This document shows, piece by piece, positions 36,327-49,760 of a stretch of DNA of 64,000 nucleotides. Source of the DNA: Isurus oxyrinchus (taxonomy: Eukaryota); NCBI GenBank assembly GCA_026770705.1, contig JANJGN010000019.1, forward strand, positions 77,996,001 to 78,060,000. The letters run 5' to 3'. Both the position numbers and the translations under genes were made by a program. The stretch's first letter is position 1. Each line of letters begins with the position of its first letter. The notes below the pieces were generated by a model that ran no database searches, was not told the origin of the DNA, and saw only the letters and a program-made list of their open reading frames with translations.

Positions 36327-36730
36327 TTGGCTCAGTGGTAAAAATCTTGCCTCTGAGTTAGAAGGTCATAGGTTCAAGACCTACTCCAGATGCTTGAGCA
36401 CATAATCTAGACTGACTTCCCCAGCTCAATACTGAAGGAGTGTTGCACTGTTGGGGATGCTGTCTTTTGGGTGACATGTTAAATTGAGACCCTGACTGCC
36501 TTCTCATTTGGACATAAATATTCCCATGACACTATTTCATAGTGCAATGTCCTGGCCAATCTTCATCTCTCAACCAACATAAATAAAATCAGATTGCCTG
36601 GTCATTTATCTTGTTGCTGTTTGCAGGAGCTTGCTGTACTCAAATTGGCTGCCATATATCTAAGATTATGATAGTGGCAATGCTTCAAATATGCTTAATT
36701 TGAGAAAAAGTGCTTTGTGACATTCTGTGG
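36327..36730 (+). mobile_element. DeuSINE, near full length
   Basis: A box tggctcagtggt, B box ggttcaagacc, Deu domain. Confidence 0.85.
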
Positions 36731-38449
36731 TTACTAGATTAATACAAGTCTTGCTCCCCACCCCCCCCCAACTTTTCCCCCATTGTTCAGTGAATTTAAA
36801 AAGTGAGTGGATGAACCCGAGAAGTCCCAGGGCTACAATTGGCCCTGTGAGGTAGGGATGGAAAATCAGCCATGGCCCCTGATCATTATTGCTATCTAAC
36901 ACCCTATGCGTGTGTGGACATGGTCAAGTTTGGTGATTCTATTTTCCCATTCTCCTCCACCTACCACCTCTTGCCGCACTTGTACAGTCTGCTGACACTC
37001 ATTGTAAGAGCTCAAGTATGAATAATGGCCACTTGGCATTAATGAAACAGTTACATAATATGGACAGGGAAGGCAAACTGTCGAGCAAAAAAATGGGGCC
37101 ATTAGTGTCACGGATATAATCATCAAACTTGGCCTTGAGTTTAGGGTTATGTTGATTTCTTAGGAATAAATCCCAGATTGAAGGATATTAAAATATTTTA
37201 ATACAATTATTATTGTTCAGTGTTTCCTTACAACGTTCTGATAACAAAGCACCTTCACACACTGATGCTCAGTTTGGTTGCTTTTTTAGATTGCTCTGGA
37301 TAGTCTCTCACCAGATTGAAATGTTGTCATGCTATGCAGGACAAGCAATTAGAGAGTTGAAAGGTGAAGCTTCAACAGGCATTCCAAACATCTGTTTTCC
37401 TGATATAAACCTCTTGGTTGGCAGGGATTTGTATGCTAAAGCAATGTTCCAGCCATGTGAGTAAGGATGCCCTTAGAAGTTAGTTAATCTGGTGCTGCCC
37501 CTCTACACATTGAGATGTAATTGGAAATTGTTTATCAAACTTAAGGGCAAATATCTGAGAAATTATTGCAATAATGCATTTCATTCTGAGCCAGGGATTG
37601 TTTCCTAATTTTTTTCACTTAAGCTTTCTGAAAATGTTGGTGAGTTTTTATACTGGCAGTTTTAGATTATTGTCATGCCTTTTTAAAACACTTTTTATGA
37701 AATCTATTTGGCCAAAGCAAGTACCCGAGGTTTCAACAAAGGAACCTCAAAATGATTTCTTTCTATTTGTGTGATCCTATTCCAGTGGACTCCAGAATTG
37801 AATGTTTTAATACATGCTTAGTACGTAGTGAGCCAAAGGCATCCCAATCCTTGCCCATGCTGGGAACACACCAATGATATGCATCACTAGATTCACACCC
37901 AACAAGCGCTAGTTTTTGAATACTTCCTTTCTAGGCTCTTGTCCCTATGAATAAGTATAGACCCCATGCTCCAGTTAGTTTGTGCTTTAAGAGTCAAGGT
38001 GACAGCACAATTGGCAGTAATCTGTTCAGGTGGTTTTGATATAGAACCCACAACTAGATTCATGCTCTGGACTGACATATTTGTTGTCATCTGCAAAAGT
38101 AAACTGTATATGAGGTAATTGCACCCCCAATGGCAATGAGATATAAAGGAAATTGCAATAAATATAATAATCTATGATTGCAATCACATGATTGGTATAA
38201 TGTGACAATATTTGTCTTACTTGTGGTAGGATACAGAAAGATGTAGAATACTTTATACCATAAACCATTTCGGCTACAAGTGTCAGCAGTATGTGTACTG
38301 AAGATTTATTGTAAAAAATAATCCTCCCTAAACTTAAACAATATTTATGAAATGTTCAATTTTTAAAGAAATTGTATTATAAACTGTATATATATTTAAC
38401 AGAGTAACATGCAGTGCGCTTTTCAGGTTTAAAAAATTGTTAAAATGGT

Positions 38450-39915
38450 ATCAGTTGTAGTTCAATGGTAACATGCTTGCCTCAGAGTCAGGAGATCGCA
38501 TGTTCTTTTCCAATTCTAGGAACTTGAGCACAAAATCTAGGCTGACATACAAGTGCACTGCTGAATGAGTGCTGCACAGCCAGAGGTGCTGTCTTTACAA
38601 TGAAATGTTAAACTGAGGCCTATATGCCCTCTCAGGTGGATGTAAAAGATCCCATGGCAGCATTTGAAGAAGACGGAGCTCCCAAGTGTCCTGGCAGTCC
38701 TGAGTTCTATTTGCTGCAGTTCCTAAGAGGCTCTTTTTAAATAAACTCTGTAAATAGATAGTAAAATAAACTTTACTATGAGCCCTACTGCAAGTCCTGC
38801 ACCGTCTCCAACTTATTGGCTGAGACAGTGCCATCAGTAGAGACTTTGAATATTTATCCCTCAACCAATGTCACTAGAATAAAATGGATTACCTGTCATT
38901 ATCACATTGCTGTTTGTTGTCATGATCCACTGAGGATCGTGCGCTGTAATATCAAGCCCCACTGTTCCCTGAGCCGCGACAAATGTAAAAAGTTTGACCA
39001 AACCGTAAAATTGCCCAATTCTACCTAAATGTTTAATTTAGGTTAACAGAATACGAACACCAGGTTTGTAAACTTAATAAGTAAATAACTGTTTATTGAA
39101 CAAATTGTCTTTAACTAGTGGCAAAAGAAAGAAATATGAACTGCTAATTCCTAACATCATAACTTAAACTCTACCCCCTTCTTAAACCACTCCCCCCACC
39201 CCCCTCCGCACACACACATGCACACATCTCAGGGTGAGATAAAACAGTTCAATAGCAACAATCTGGCGTACAGGATTCGATGGGTTGATTTTGATAGATG
39301 TCTTCCAAATTCCTTTCAGTTCTTGTTGATGACACGAGATGGTCTTCCAGCACTTTCAGTATTTAGTTCACTGGTTGAGAACTTGCTTTTCAGTGTCTCT
39401 AACAGTGGTTTCCTCCTTTTCTTTTTTTACAGGGATTTCCTCAGAGAGAGAGAGCAGATTATAGAGAAATGAGAAGAAAAGAGATGTTAGTTGTTTTCTC
39501 TTTGCAGGCCATGAGCTTTCTGCTGCACTGGTACCACACAAAACCCTGGTCATTTGGTCAGGAGCCAATTAAAATGCTGTTGTCAGGCAGCTCCCTTGGT
39601 CTAGGACTCTTTTCCGGCACCATCCTGTCTTTCATGTCACACTCTATTCCAGGACTACAATATTGTTTATATCTCTCATCCTGTCCCTGTTGACATGTTT
39701 TTCAACCTGCAGTCATTGTGATTCTACCACAGTCCAACAGAAAATAAAAAGATATGTTCTTTACAACAGTTCAGCAGAAATAAGAAGATATGTTCCTTAC
39801 GTTGTGGAAACTTGCAAATTACTGTGTTTTCTACATTACAACATTACTTTTCATTGCCTCAAATGTTTTGGAACATTTCTGAGGTTGTGAAAGGTGCTGT
39901 ATATACAAGTTCTTT
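38450..39915 (+). mobile_element. DeuSINE interrupted by an insert of about 130 bp and a solo LTR
   Basis: Head at 38455, Deu domain 38590-38700, tail resumes at 39802. Confidence 0.75.
38918..39801 (-). mobile_element. solo LTR, about 880 bp
   Basis: tgtcatga...ccttac(g) termini; 4-bp TSD ttgt (38914-17, 39802-05); AATAAA on the minus strand; terminal tandem duplication of about 32 bp. Confidence 0.75.
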
Positions 39916-40759
39916 CTAAGGTGTTTGAGAAGTATGTTGATTGCTCTCTTTCAGTTGACTCTTATTTTCTCTGACACAGTAGGAAAATAACATTTTTGCA
40001 GGTTGGGTATAGTTGTTCATTTTTGCCATTCCTAAATTAAAACACCTGAAACCTGAATTTTAGTTACTTCATGATTCTAACAGTTACATAATGTAAAAAG
40101 GTTTGAGAAAAATGTTGCCGATTAGAATTGTTGGCTATGCCAACAAAAATATTGTTTGAATTTGATATGCAGGTTAATCCAGAATACTGTACCAGAACAC
40201 ACTATCTGTTGAGAGACTTTCATGCATACAGTAAAATGAGTTGATGACTTTATTTTCTTCAAAATGGAGTGTTTTTCGTTTTATCTAAGGACAGAGATAC
40301 TGCTCTTGTTTCAACTGAAGTATAAATGAGCCACAGGAACCTGTAGACAGTATTTAAGAGGCAAAGGATTAGCCTAAATTAGCCACAGATGCCTTGGATG
40401 TAATCAAGAATGGGTAAATAACCACAGCGTTATACAGGGTCTCTAGAGGAATGGCAAAGTTGATGCAGCTACTCTCTGTTCCCTTTATTTTCTGATTGTG
40501 CTGTGAAGGAGGCACATTTCCTTTTGAGGCTCATTTGCATGCTGAGGAACAGATACTGATGTAATTTGTTCAGCATTGAAAAAAGAAAAGCAAACTAAAA
40601 CAGGAGCACAGGATTTAAAATAACATTTAGTTTGTCAAAGTTGTCCTGTTGCATAATTTTGACGGGAATTCTGGTGATCTTGAGAATGGTTTAATTTTCT
40701 AGATGTGGAAGTTCCCCAAATTGTTCATTTTTACCCATCAGAAACTTGTATCTGTCAGC

Positions 40760-42335
40760 TGCAGCCCAGTTAGTAGCACTCTTGCTTCTAGGTCAGAAGT
40801 TGTGGGTTCAAGTGCCAGTCAGTGACCGTTAACACGAAAGAGAAATCTAAACACCTTGTTTCAACCAATGGAACCACGCCACAAGATTTCACTTTTTTTT
40901 TTGACAAAGCAAACTTTATTGTATATAAAAGAATTAAAAACAAGTACCATTAACTTAACAGTATGGTTTATAACTATGGATGTTATGCACTTACTTCCCG
41001 AAGAACTCTGTTATAAGACACATCAATCTTAAAATTATTTACTTTTGTCGGGACCACCAATCAATATGTCACAGTCCTCTGGAGAATTCTCCTCAGCTGC
41101 AGTTATCCTCAGAGGTAAAACTTTCGTTTACCAGCTCTTGACTGTGGAGGTCTCTGTCCCTTGTTCTGGTTACTTTTAATTCTAAATACTTTGAAGCTAA
41201 TCTGCTTGTTGCTTTCTTCAACACAAGGGGGGACCACTGTAAGTTCTACTAGTTTTAAGGTAGGCAATCTTCCAGCTTCTGCTTCTTCACAAAATTCAAA
41301 CTGAGATTAAGCCTCACCCACATTCCAAATAGTGAATGAAGAAGTTAGGCTTTTACTCTGCTTACAGTGCAGGCCTAGCTAACTATCATTTACTTTAGCT
41401 ATCTCTGAGTGAGCTCCAAATCACACCGGCCCCAGTTGCAACTAACTCTCTCTGTAAACACCAGATAAGTTGAAACCAAAGAACCTCCCGAAGCTCCATT
41501 TATTTCCATGATAATGTAGCCTGCTCTAGGTTGTCCTCAAACTGACTTTTAGGTCCGTTAATCTCTCATTTACAATTTGCTCTTTAATTCAATGAAGTAA
41601 ATGGGTTTTACAATCTTTCAAGGTTCACTGAATGCTTTTAGATTAACTTAGCTCTAACTCCCAAAATAAAAACATTTCTCTGGAATGCCCTTGATGCAAA
41701 CATTGCAGACATCATGTCCCTAGCTCCCCAGCTAAGTGAGCCCATCTGTTGTTTTATGATCTTACCTATCTAGCTACTAACCTCTTAACTCAACATGCCC
41801 CCACCTTTTAATTGTAGTTGGTTCCAAGCTTGCTTTGATTGCATTTATCCCATTTTCTACAGTTAAACTTTAATTCCTAAAACTAGAAATAATATACTAA
41901 AACGCATGAATCATTACACCATGAACTAGGTATTCACATCACAATACAAGGCTTGAATATAAAAATCTAGGCTGACACCCAGTGCAGTACTGAAGGAGTG
42001 CTGCACTGCTGCAAGTCCTGTCTTCCAGTGAGATGTTAAACTGAAGTCCTGTCTGGCCCTCAGGTGGACGTAAAAATCCTATGGCATTATTTCGAAGAAG
42101 AGCAGGACAGTTATCCACAGTGACATGTCAATATTTATCCCTCAATCAACTTCACAAAAACAAATTATCTGACCATTAGCGCATTGCTGTTTGTGGGACC
42201 TTGCTGTACACAAATTGACTGCCACATTTCCTACAATAGTGACAACAATTCAAAAGTACTTAGTTGGCTGTAAAGTGCTTTGGGGACCCTGTGGTCATGA
42301 AAAAAGCTATGTAAATGCAAGGCTTTTATTTCTTC
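40760..42335 (+). mobile_element. DeuSINE interrupted by a solo LTR
   Basis: tRNA head 40760-40820, body 41944-42335. Confidence 0.85.
40821..41943 (-). mobile_element. probable solo LTR, about 1.1 kb
   Basis: (a)gtgacc...catcaca termini; clean interruption of the SINE; AATAAA on the minus strand near 40915; TSD degenerate. Confidence 0.6.
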
Positions 42336-42389
42336 TGAGACCAGAGGAAACTATCCTTTTAAAATTGCACAAGAAACTGGGTAGTTGTA

Positions 42390-43020
42390 TAGTGAAAAGC
42401 TGCAATAGAGCCCAAGGAAGTGAAATTAACCCCGACAATAAAGAGTGACATAAAGGCAATAGAGAGAAAGGATCGTAGCCTGGAAAATCAGGATGTAGAA
42501 TCAGTGTGGATGGAGCTTCTAAATAGCAAACAACAGAAAACATTGGTAACAATAGTTTATAGGCCACGAACAGTAATCATCGTGTTGGACAGAGTGTTAA
42601 TCATCTAGTCAGAAGAGGGTGCAATTTTGCGGACTTGAATTCTCCTCTGGACTGGGCAAATCAAATTGGCAAAAGTAGATTGGAGGGCAAGTACATAGAT
42701 TACATTTGAGAAATATGTTGAGGAGACAAAAGTTATTTTAGATCTCGTATTGTTCAGTGAGACAGGGTTAATTAATAATCTTTATAGTCAACGATCCTTT
42801 AGGGAAGGGTGATCATAAGATAGAATACAGTCGAATTTCATATTATTTTTGAGTGTGATTAAGCCGCTCTTTATTTTAAATAATCAATTGTGGAGGTATA
42901 AAAGGTGAGTTGACTGAAAAAGATTGGAAAATTAGGTGAAAAGACATGACTGTAGATAAGCAATCAGATAACATTTAAGGAAAATTCATAATTCAAAATG
43001 AATATACATTCCCTTTAAAC
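42390..43020 (+). mobile_element. CR1 endonuclease-region fragment
   Basis: 'DVESVWMELLNSKQQKTLVTIVYRP'. Confidence 0.75.
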
Positions 43021-43024
43021 TCCA

Positions 43025-45865
43025 TTGTTCTAGAGTAGGTTCAGGTTCAAACCTGGTGACTGCCTCACCAACATGGGTCCACAGCTGATGGAGGCAGTGA
43101 CAGCCAAGGTCTCCGACATCCTGAGGACTGCTCGAGGTCAGGCCCTTGCTGATACAGAATCCGATAATAAGCCTCTGCATTTGACCCTAGCAGACCTCTT
43201 AGAGATGCAGAGTCGGGCAGGGGAACATCAGGCAGAGTTGTCAGACATTCATGCAGGTGAAGAATGTCCTAGAGGTCCACAGGTGGCTGAGCAACCCCTT
43301 CAGACATGACTGTGCATTTACAATGAGGGCCTTGATTCAGGCGAATACACCCATGCGCTATAACCTTCAGTCAGACGATTGTCAGCGTGCCTCCATTAGC
43401 CTAGACACTCACTATCAATACCCTAGTCTTGTACTAAGGTCATGACTATAAACATGGTGGCTTGTAGGCCATGATCATCACAATGGGAATATTGAAGCTT
43501 ATGTTGTGCATGTAGCTCCTGTCCAGCAGCCGTATCCCTTGATAGTTTGATCCTCCTTCCCTTTTTACATACCTCTGTCAGGAACAGATGGCCATTCAGA
43601 CCAGCCATAGCCCCAAGTCTTAATGGGTTCTCGCATTAATGTGCACCATTAATAAGGGAGCACTGGTCATTCAGTGGGCATTTGACCCTTGAAATCAGTA
43701 CTCAGCTGAGCCTTATTCTCCATGTCTTGAGCATATAGTTAATAGGGTGCCCCTTCAGTTGGCCAAAAATAGTAGTGCCAAACTCCTCCCACATGCCTGG
43801 AGACCCCTCTCATATTGTCTTTGTCAAACTTATTTTTCCAACTGCGTCATTGATCACTAAAGGCGAACATGGTGCTCCTTACCTACGTGAGTCTGGCCAA
43901 CAACTTCCAACAACCCCCCCAATCTAGTCACAAACCAAGTTCCTCCCATCCTCCTCCACAGTCACTGCCTCCTAACTCTCATCCCTCCTGTTGCTATCCA
44001 GCCTCCCTCCATTACCCTTGACCCTATCATTGTCCACGTTGATATTCCTGTTCTCCCCTGCCTAATCTCGTTCCCTTCAATGTTGATGTCCCCATGCCTT
44101 TTGTCAATCTGACTCCTCCCTTTCTCGAGGCCACATGCACCCTTATTTTCCAAGACCAACCCCCCTCATGAGAGCATTCCCCCCCACCATGGCTTTATAA
44201 TTGCTGACCTACAGAATCCAGATGCCTCCCCTCTGCTGCCCAATACTATGACTCCAACCTCCAGGAGCAAATACCTTGGTTGACTGACCACTCCCTACAC
44301 ACCATTCTGTGCATGACTGTCACTGCCTAGAGAGGCCTTCCCTCCTCCCAAGACCGGGACCAGTACAGAACCAGGGCAGTGTTTGAAACATGCCCCTTAC
44401 AACGTGGCTTTATTCCCTGGAGAGTCTCATGAACATGTCCCCCGGACAGCCTTTCAACCTTCCCTGGACTGTCTTTTAAATTTTAACCCTGGACAGTCTT
44501 TCACTCTTCCCCTCCTGTTCTTACCCCCGCTTCACCTCCCAGTCCTGCCTCCATTCCACCTTTCCCCTCCTGTCATTTCCCCCCACCAGTTCTGCCTCCG
44601 TCCCACCCCTCCCCTCTGGTTATACGTCCTGTGCCCAGCCTTGGAGCAGTTTGGTGCTACTGGCATCCGATGTATCTCAGTGATCTACTGACCTGCAAGC
44701 CTTGGATGAAGCGAAGCTTGCCGCATGTGCACCACTTATATGCAATCATAAAACAGAATGTTGTAATTAGCCATTGGTGGGGCACTTACTTTGGAAGGGG
44801 AGCATGATTCTTGTGAGTTGGCCTTTTAATAAGCGTTTATACTGAAGCAGTCCATGTCCAAATGCAGCAAGACCTGGACAGTATCTAACCTGCGCTGCCA
44901 AGTGGCAAGTAAAATTTGCGCCGTACAAGTGCCAGGTAATGACCATTTCCAACAAGAGAGAATCTAACCATCGCCCCTGAATATTCAATGGAATTCCATC
45001 ACTGAGTCACCCACTATCAACATCCTGGATGTTACCATTGACCAGAAACTGAACTGAACTAGCCATATAAATACTGTGGCTACACGAGCAGGTCAGAGGC
45101 TAGGAATCCCGAGACGAGTAACTCACCTCCTGACTCCCCAAAGCCTGTCCACCATCTGCAAGGCACAAAATAGGAGAGTGATGGAATACTCCCTGCTTTT
45201 CTGGATAAGTGCAGCTCCCACAACCCTCAAGAGGCTTGACACTGTCCAGGACCAAGCAGACCGCTTGATTGGCACCACATCTACAAGCATTCACTTCCTC
45301 CACCACCGACGCACAGTCACAGCAGTGTGTACCATCTACAAGATATGCTGCAGGGATTCACCAAAGCTCCTTAGACAGCACCTTCCAAACCCACTACCAC
45401 TACCACCTAGAAGGACAAGGGCAGCAGGTAGATGGGAACACCACCACCTGGAAGTTCCCCTTCGAGTCACTCGCCAACCTGACTTGGAAATATATCACAG
45501 TTTCTTCGCTGTCGCTGGGTCAAAATCCTGAAATTCCCTTCCTAATAGCACTGTGGGTGTGCCTAAACCACGTGGACTGCAGCGGTTCAAGAAGGCAACT
45601 CACCACCACCTTCTCAAGGGCAACTAGGGATGGGCAATAAATGCTGGCCCAGCCAGCAAAGCCCACGTCCCATGTATGAATAAAAAAAATGCTAATGAAT
45701 GCAAATGGGGTTCGTGACATTGCTCAATGAGAAACTCAACCTGCCTTGAAAGTCAGGAGAACAAAATTCCAAACTATTTTTCCGCTGGTAGGAAACTGAT
45801 TTTTTTCATTCACACCAAATTCACACCATGATTCCTGCTGCTGGTGGGAGTGGAAGATCCCAGCC
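43025..45865. mobile_element. third Harbinger remnant (Myb-gene exon 3 plus one terminus)
   Basis: 'ADTESDNKPL..LLEMQSRAGEHQAEL' matches 12720-12810 and 62158-62260; terminus ggaagatcccagcc resembles 16305-16318. Confidence 0.6.
44835..45689 (+). mobile_element. poly(A)-tailed LINE 3' end (CR1/L2/Jockey group, distinct family)
   Basis: 'ICKAQNRRVMEYS..W..AAPTTLKRLDTVQ'; ends 'gaataaaaaaa'; second copy at 52870-55002. Confidence 0.8.
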
Positions 45866-46300
45866 ATGAAGAGAGACTGGATAGGCTAGGGTTGCTTTCC
45901 TTAGAGCAGAGAAGGCTAAGGGGGGACCTGATATAGGTATACAAAATTATGAGGGGCATAGATAGGGTAGATAGGGAGAAACTTTTCCTCTTAGCAGAGG
46001 TGCCAATAACCAGGGGTCATAGATTTAAGGTAAGGGGCAGGAGGTTTAGAGGGGATTTGAGGAAAACGTTTTGCACCCAGAAGGTGATTGGAATCTGGAA
46101 CATGCTGCCTGAGGGGGTGACAGAGGCAGGAACCTTCACAACATTTAAGTAGTATTTGGATGAGCACTTGAAATGCCATAGTATATAGGGCTATGGGCCA
46201 AGAGCTGGAAAATGGGATTAGAATCGATAGGGGCTTGATGACCAGCATGAACACAGTGGGCCAAAGGGCCTGTTTCTGTGCTGTATAACTCTATGACTCT
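45866..46300 (+). mobile_element. CR1 3' end
   Basis: 'MRGIDRVDREKLF..TRGHRFKVRG' with a (ctatga)n-like tail. Confidence 0.85.
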
Positions 46301-47057
46301 ATTTCGCCCTTTGTGTCTGTCTTCACAGTAGAAGATACAAAGAACCTACTGGAAATAATGGGGGGACCAAAAGTCTAATGAGAGTGAGGAAGTTAAATTT
46401 ATTAATATTACTAAAGACAAAATACAGAATAAATTATTTGGAATAGAAGCTGACAAATCCCCTGGACCTGATGGCTTATACCCTCAGGCTTTAAGAGGTG
46501 CTGCAGTGATGATGAATGCCAAGGTTCTGAAGTTGCAACATTCCTTACTCTCTAGAACAGTCCTCCCGAATTAGAAAGCAGCAAATGTAACCCCACAGTT
46601 CAAGAAAGGAGAGTGAAAGGACATGAGGACCTTAAGCTATTTAGCCTGATATCAGTGGTAGAGAAAATTTTGTAATCTATTATTAAGATTGTGGCAACAG
46701 GGCACTTAGAAAATCACTATGATCAGGAAGAGTTAACACAGTTTTATGAAAAGGAAATAGCGTTTGACAATCTACTGGAGCTTTTTTTGAGGGTGTAACT
46801 GGCAGGGTAGATGAAGGGAACAGTAGCTGCAGTATAATTCGATCTTCAGATGGCAGTTGAGAAGGTGCCCCACAAAGGTTTTACACAAGATTAGGGCTCA
46901 TGGAATTGGAGGTAACATATTAGCATGGATTGGGGATTGGTTATGGACAGAAGTAGGGAATAGGAATAAACCGGTCATTTTTAGGTTGTTATGGTGCTGT
47001 GCCTCAGCTATTTACAGTTATGTCAATGATTTAGATAAGGAGACTGAGTTTAATGTA

Positions 47058-47595
47058 CAATGTATAAATTACAGCCTTCCGGACTGAATATTGAGTTCAA
47101 CAATTTTAGATCTTGAACTCTCTCCTCCATCCCCACCCCCTTTGCATTTCTTCCCCCTCTTTTTTGTTTTTTCCAATAATTTATATAGATTTTTCTTTTC
47201 CCATCTATTTCCATTATTTTTAACCCATTGTTTATCTCTACCTTTTAGCCCTTTTAATATTCCTTCACCCCACTCCCACTAGAGCTATCTGTACCTTGTC
47301 TGTCCTGCTTTCTACTCTTAATTAGCACATTCCTTTAGATAATATCACCACCTTCAACACCTCTTTGTCCTTTTGTCTGTGACATCTTTTGATTATCTCC
47401 ACTTATTACTAGCTGCTTGTCCCAACAATAACACCACCCCCCCCACCCTTAACCAACTTATATTTCACCCCTTTCCTATTTTTACTTAGTTCTGTTGAAG
47501 GGTCATGAGGACTCAAAACGTCAACTGTGCTCTTCTCTGCCGATGCTGCCAGACCTGCTGAGTTTATCCAGGTATTTCTGTTTCTGTTTTTGTTT
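47058..47595 (+). mobile_element. Penelope-like element 3' end (GIY-YIG C-terminus, 3'UTR, hammerhead)
   Basis: Encodes LQPSGLNIEFNNFRS*; 13-bp TSD tgagtttaatgta (47045-57, 47596-608). Confidence 0.85.
47488..47526 (+). ncRNA. hammerhead ribozyme copy, probably inactive (GAAA changed to AAAA)
   Basis: AGTT-CTGTTGA-A-GGGTC(ATGAG)GACTC-AAAA-CG-TC-AACT. Confidence 0.65.
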
Positions 47596-48489
47596 TGAGT
47601 TTAATGTATCCAGGTTTGGCTGCTGATAAAAATCTAGGTGGAAAAGTAAACTGTGAGGAGGATGCAAAGAGACTATAAAGGGATTATAGATAAGATGAGT
47701 GGGTAAGAAGGTGACAAATGTAGTATGTGAGAAAGTGTGAAATTATCCACTCGGAAGGAAAAGTGGAAAAGCAGAATATTTTCTAAAACCTGAGAGACAA
47801 GTGAATGTACTAACATTTAGAGGGAATTTGGTGTCCTTGTGCAGGAATCACAAAAAATTGACGCGCAGCAAGCAATTAGGAAGGCAAATGGTATGTTGGC
47901 CTTTAATAAGAGCAAGGAAGCCTTGTTACAATTGTATAGGGCTTTGGTGAGACCAAACCTGGAGCACTGGGTGATGTTTCGGTCTCTTTCACCAAGAAAG
48001 GATATACTTGCCTTTAAGGGGCGCAACAGAAGTTCATGCGATTGATTCCTAGGATGCAAGGCCTGAGTTATGAGGACAGGTTGAGTAGAATGGGCCTATA
48101 TTCTCTGGCGTTCATAAGAATGAAACCTATAAAATTAGTAGGCTTGACAGGATAGATGCTGAGAGGCTGTGTCCCCTGACTGGAGAATACAGGACTAGAA
48201 ATCATAGTCTGAGGATTACTGTTCAGCTATTTAGGACTGAGATAATGAGCAATTTCTTCATTCAGAGGGTAGTAAACTTTTGGAATTCTCTACCCAAGAG
48301 GATTGTAGATGCTCAGTCCATGAGCATATTTAAGACAGAGGTGGATAGATTTTAAGGTACTCAGGGAATCAATGGATAGGGCTGGAAAGCAGAGTTAATG
48401 TACAAATTTAGCCATTATCTTACTGAAAGACTGAGTAGGCTTGAGGGGCTGTATGGTCTACTCCTTCTATTTCTTATGAATCCCTAAAA

Positions 48490-49760
48490 GGTTTTTGAGA
48501 TGTGGATTTTAAGAAGACCCTTACCAGAGACAGAGGAGAGAAGAGTTTAGGGAACAAACTCTATAGTATGGGCCTATGTAACTGTTGGCAAGGCCACCAA
48601 TGGTGGGGCAAAAGCAGGGACGCACAGGGAGGCAGAGGATCAGAAATATGGCTGAGTTGGCTTGGCGGACTGGAGAAGTTTACTAAGGTGGTGAGGAATG
48701 AAGCCATTAATGGATTTAAACAGGAAAATTATCATTTTAAATTTGAGGCTTTGTATGGATGGTGAGGGTGATCAAGACCAGTGAAGATGCAGATGATGGG
48801 TGAAGGGGACTTGTTACAGCTTAGTATATGGGCAGCAGAATTTTTAATGAGCTGATTTAAAGAGGATTGATGTTTGGAGACAAGCCAGGAGAGCTTTGGA
48901 ATATACAAATCCGATGATCACATTGGCATGGATGAGGGTTACAGCAACAGGGGGCTCGGGTCAGGGCAGAGGCAGGAGATGTTTGAGGTGGAGTAGGTGA
49001 CCCTTGTGATAGTATAAAGATTTGCAGATTCAGTTTTGGGGTGAAGAACATTTTGGTTCAGCCTGAGATAATGGCTCGGGGAGGGGAATCAAATCGGTGG
49101 TGAGCATATTGCGTTTGTAGTGGGTGCCCAAGAGAGTGGCTTTGCTCTTAGCAATGTTTAGCTTGAGGACATGTGGATCATCCAAGGCCAGATGTCAGAC
49201 AAGCAGGTCGGACAATACAGAAGTATTAGAGGGGCAGAGAGAAGTGTTAAAACTGGGTGTCAGCAGCTACGTCTGGAAGCTGACCCTATCTCTAGGATTG
49301 ATGTTGCCAAGCGTATGTAGATGGGGAAGTGAAAGAGGCCAAGACGAGAAGCTGGGAGACTCTGGATGTGAAGGTTCATGCAGAAGGACAAGGTGTCAGA
49401 GGAATATCAGAAGTATAGCCAGATAGCAAATCATCAATACATAGCTAACAGGTGGCAACACCTTGCTATGTTGTAGTCAAAGCCAGGATGTCAGTGCAGC
49501 CATCCACAATAAGTTGGTAAGGAGCTTGTTCACAAGTGAATGGATATTATGTAGGGAAATGATTGATTTGCTGGTAGAGCCCAAGGGATCTGCCAGATTG
49601 GTGCAGTTCTGCACCACTTGCACTTGGAGTGAAGATGAGGACCAAGCCAGGAGGAACAACTGGGTTGGAAAGAGTGAATATTTGTTCAGGGCATCAAAGG
49701 TTGAGGTGAAGGGATGTCTGAGCAAATCAACAATTACAGAAGTGTCCTGGTCAATGGAAG
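48490..49760 (-). mobile_element. old L2-like LINE remnants
   Basis: Purine-rich antisense L2-type pattern; 'LQVQVVQN' L2 C-terminal-like motif. Confidence 0.5.

Larger units (their letters stand above)
46305..48480 (+). mobile_element. old CR1 ORF2/3'UTR interrupted by Penelope
   Basis: 'KIRAHGIGGNILAWIGDWL', 'LLQLYRALVRPNLEH'. Confidence 0.85.

Noticed and set aside
36327-36390. tRNA gene
   Set aside because: The A and B boxes belong to the SINE head; there is no intact cloverleaf.
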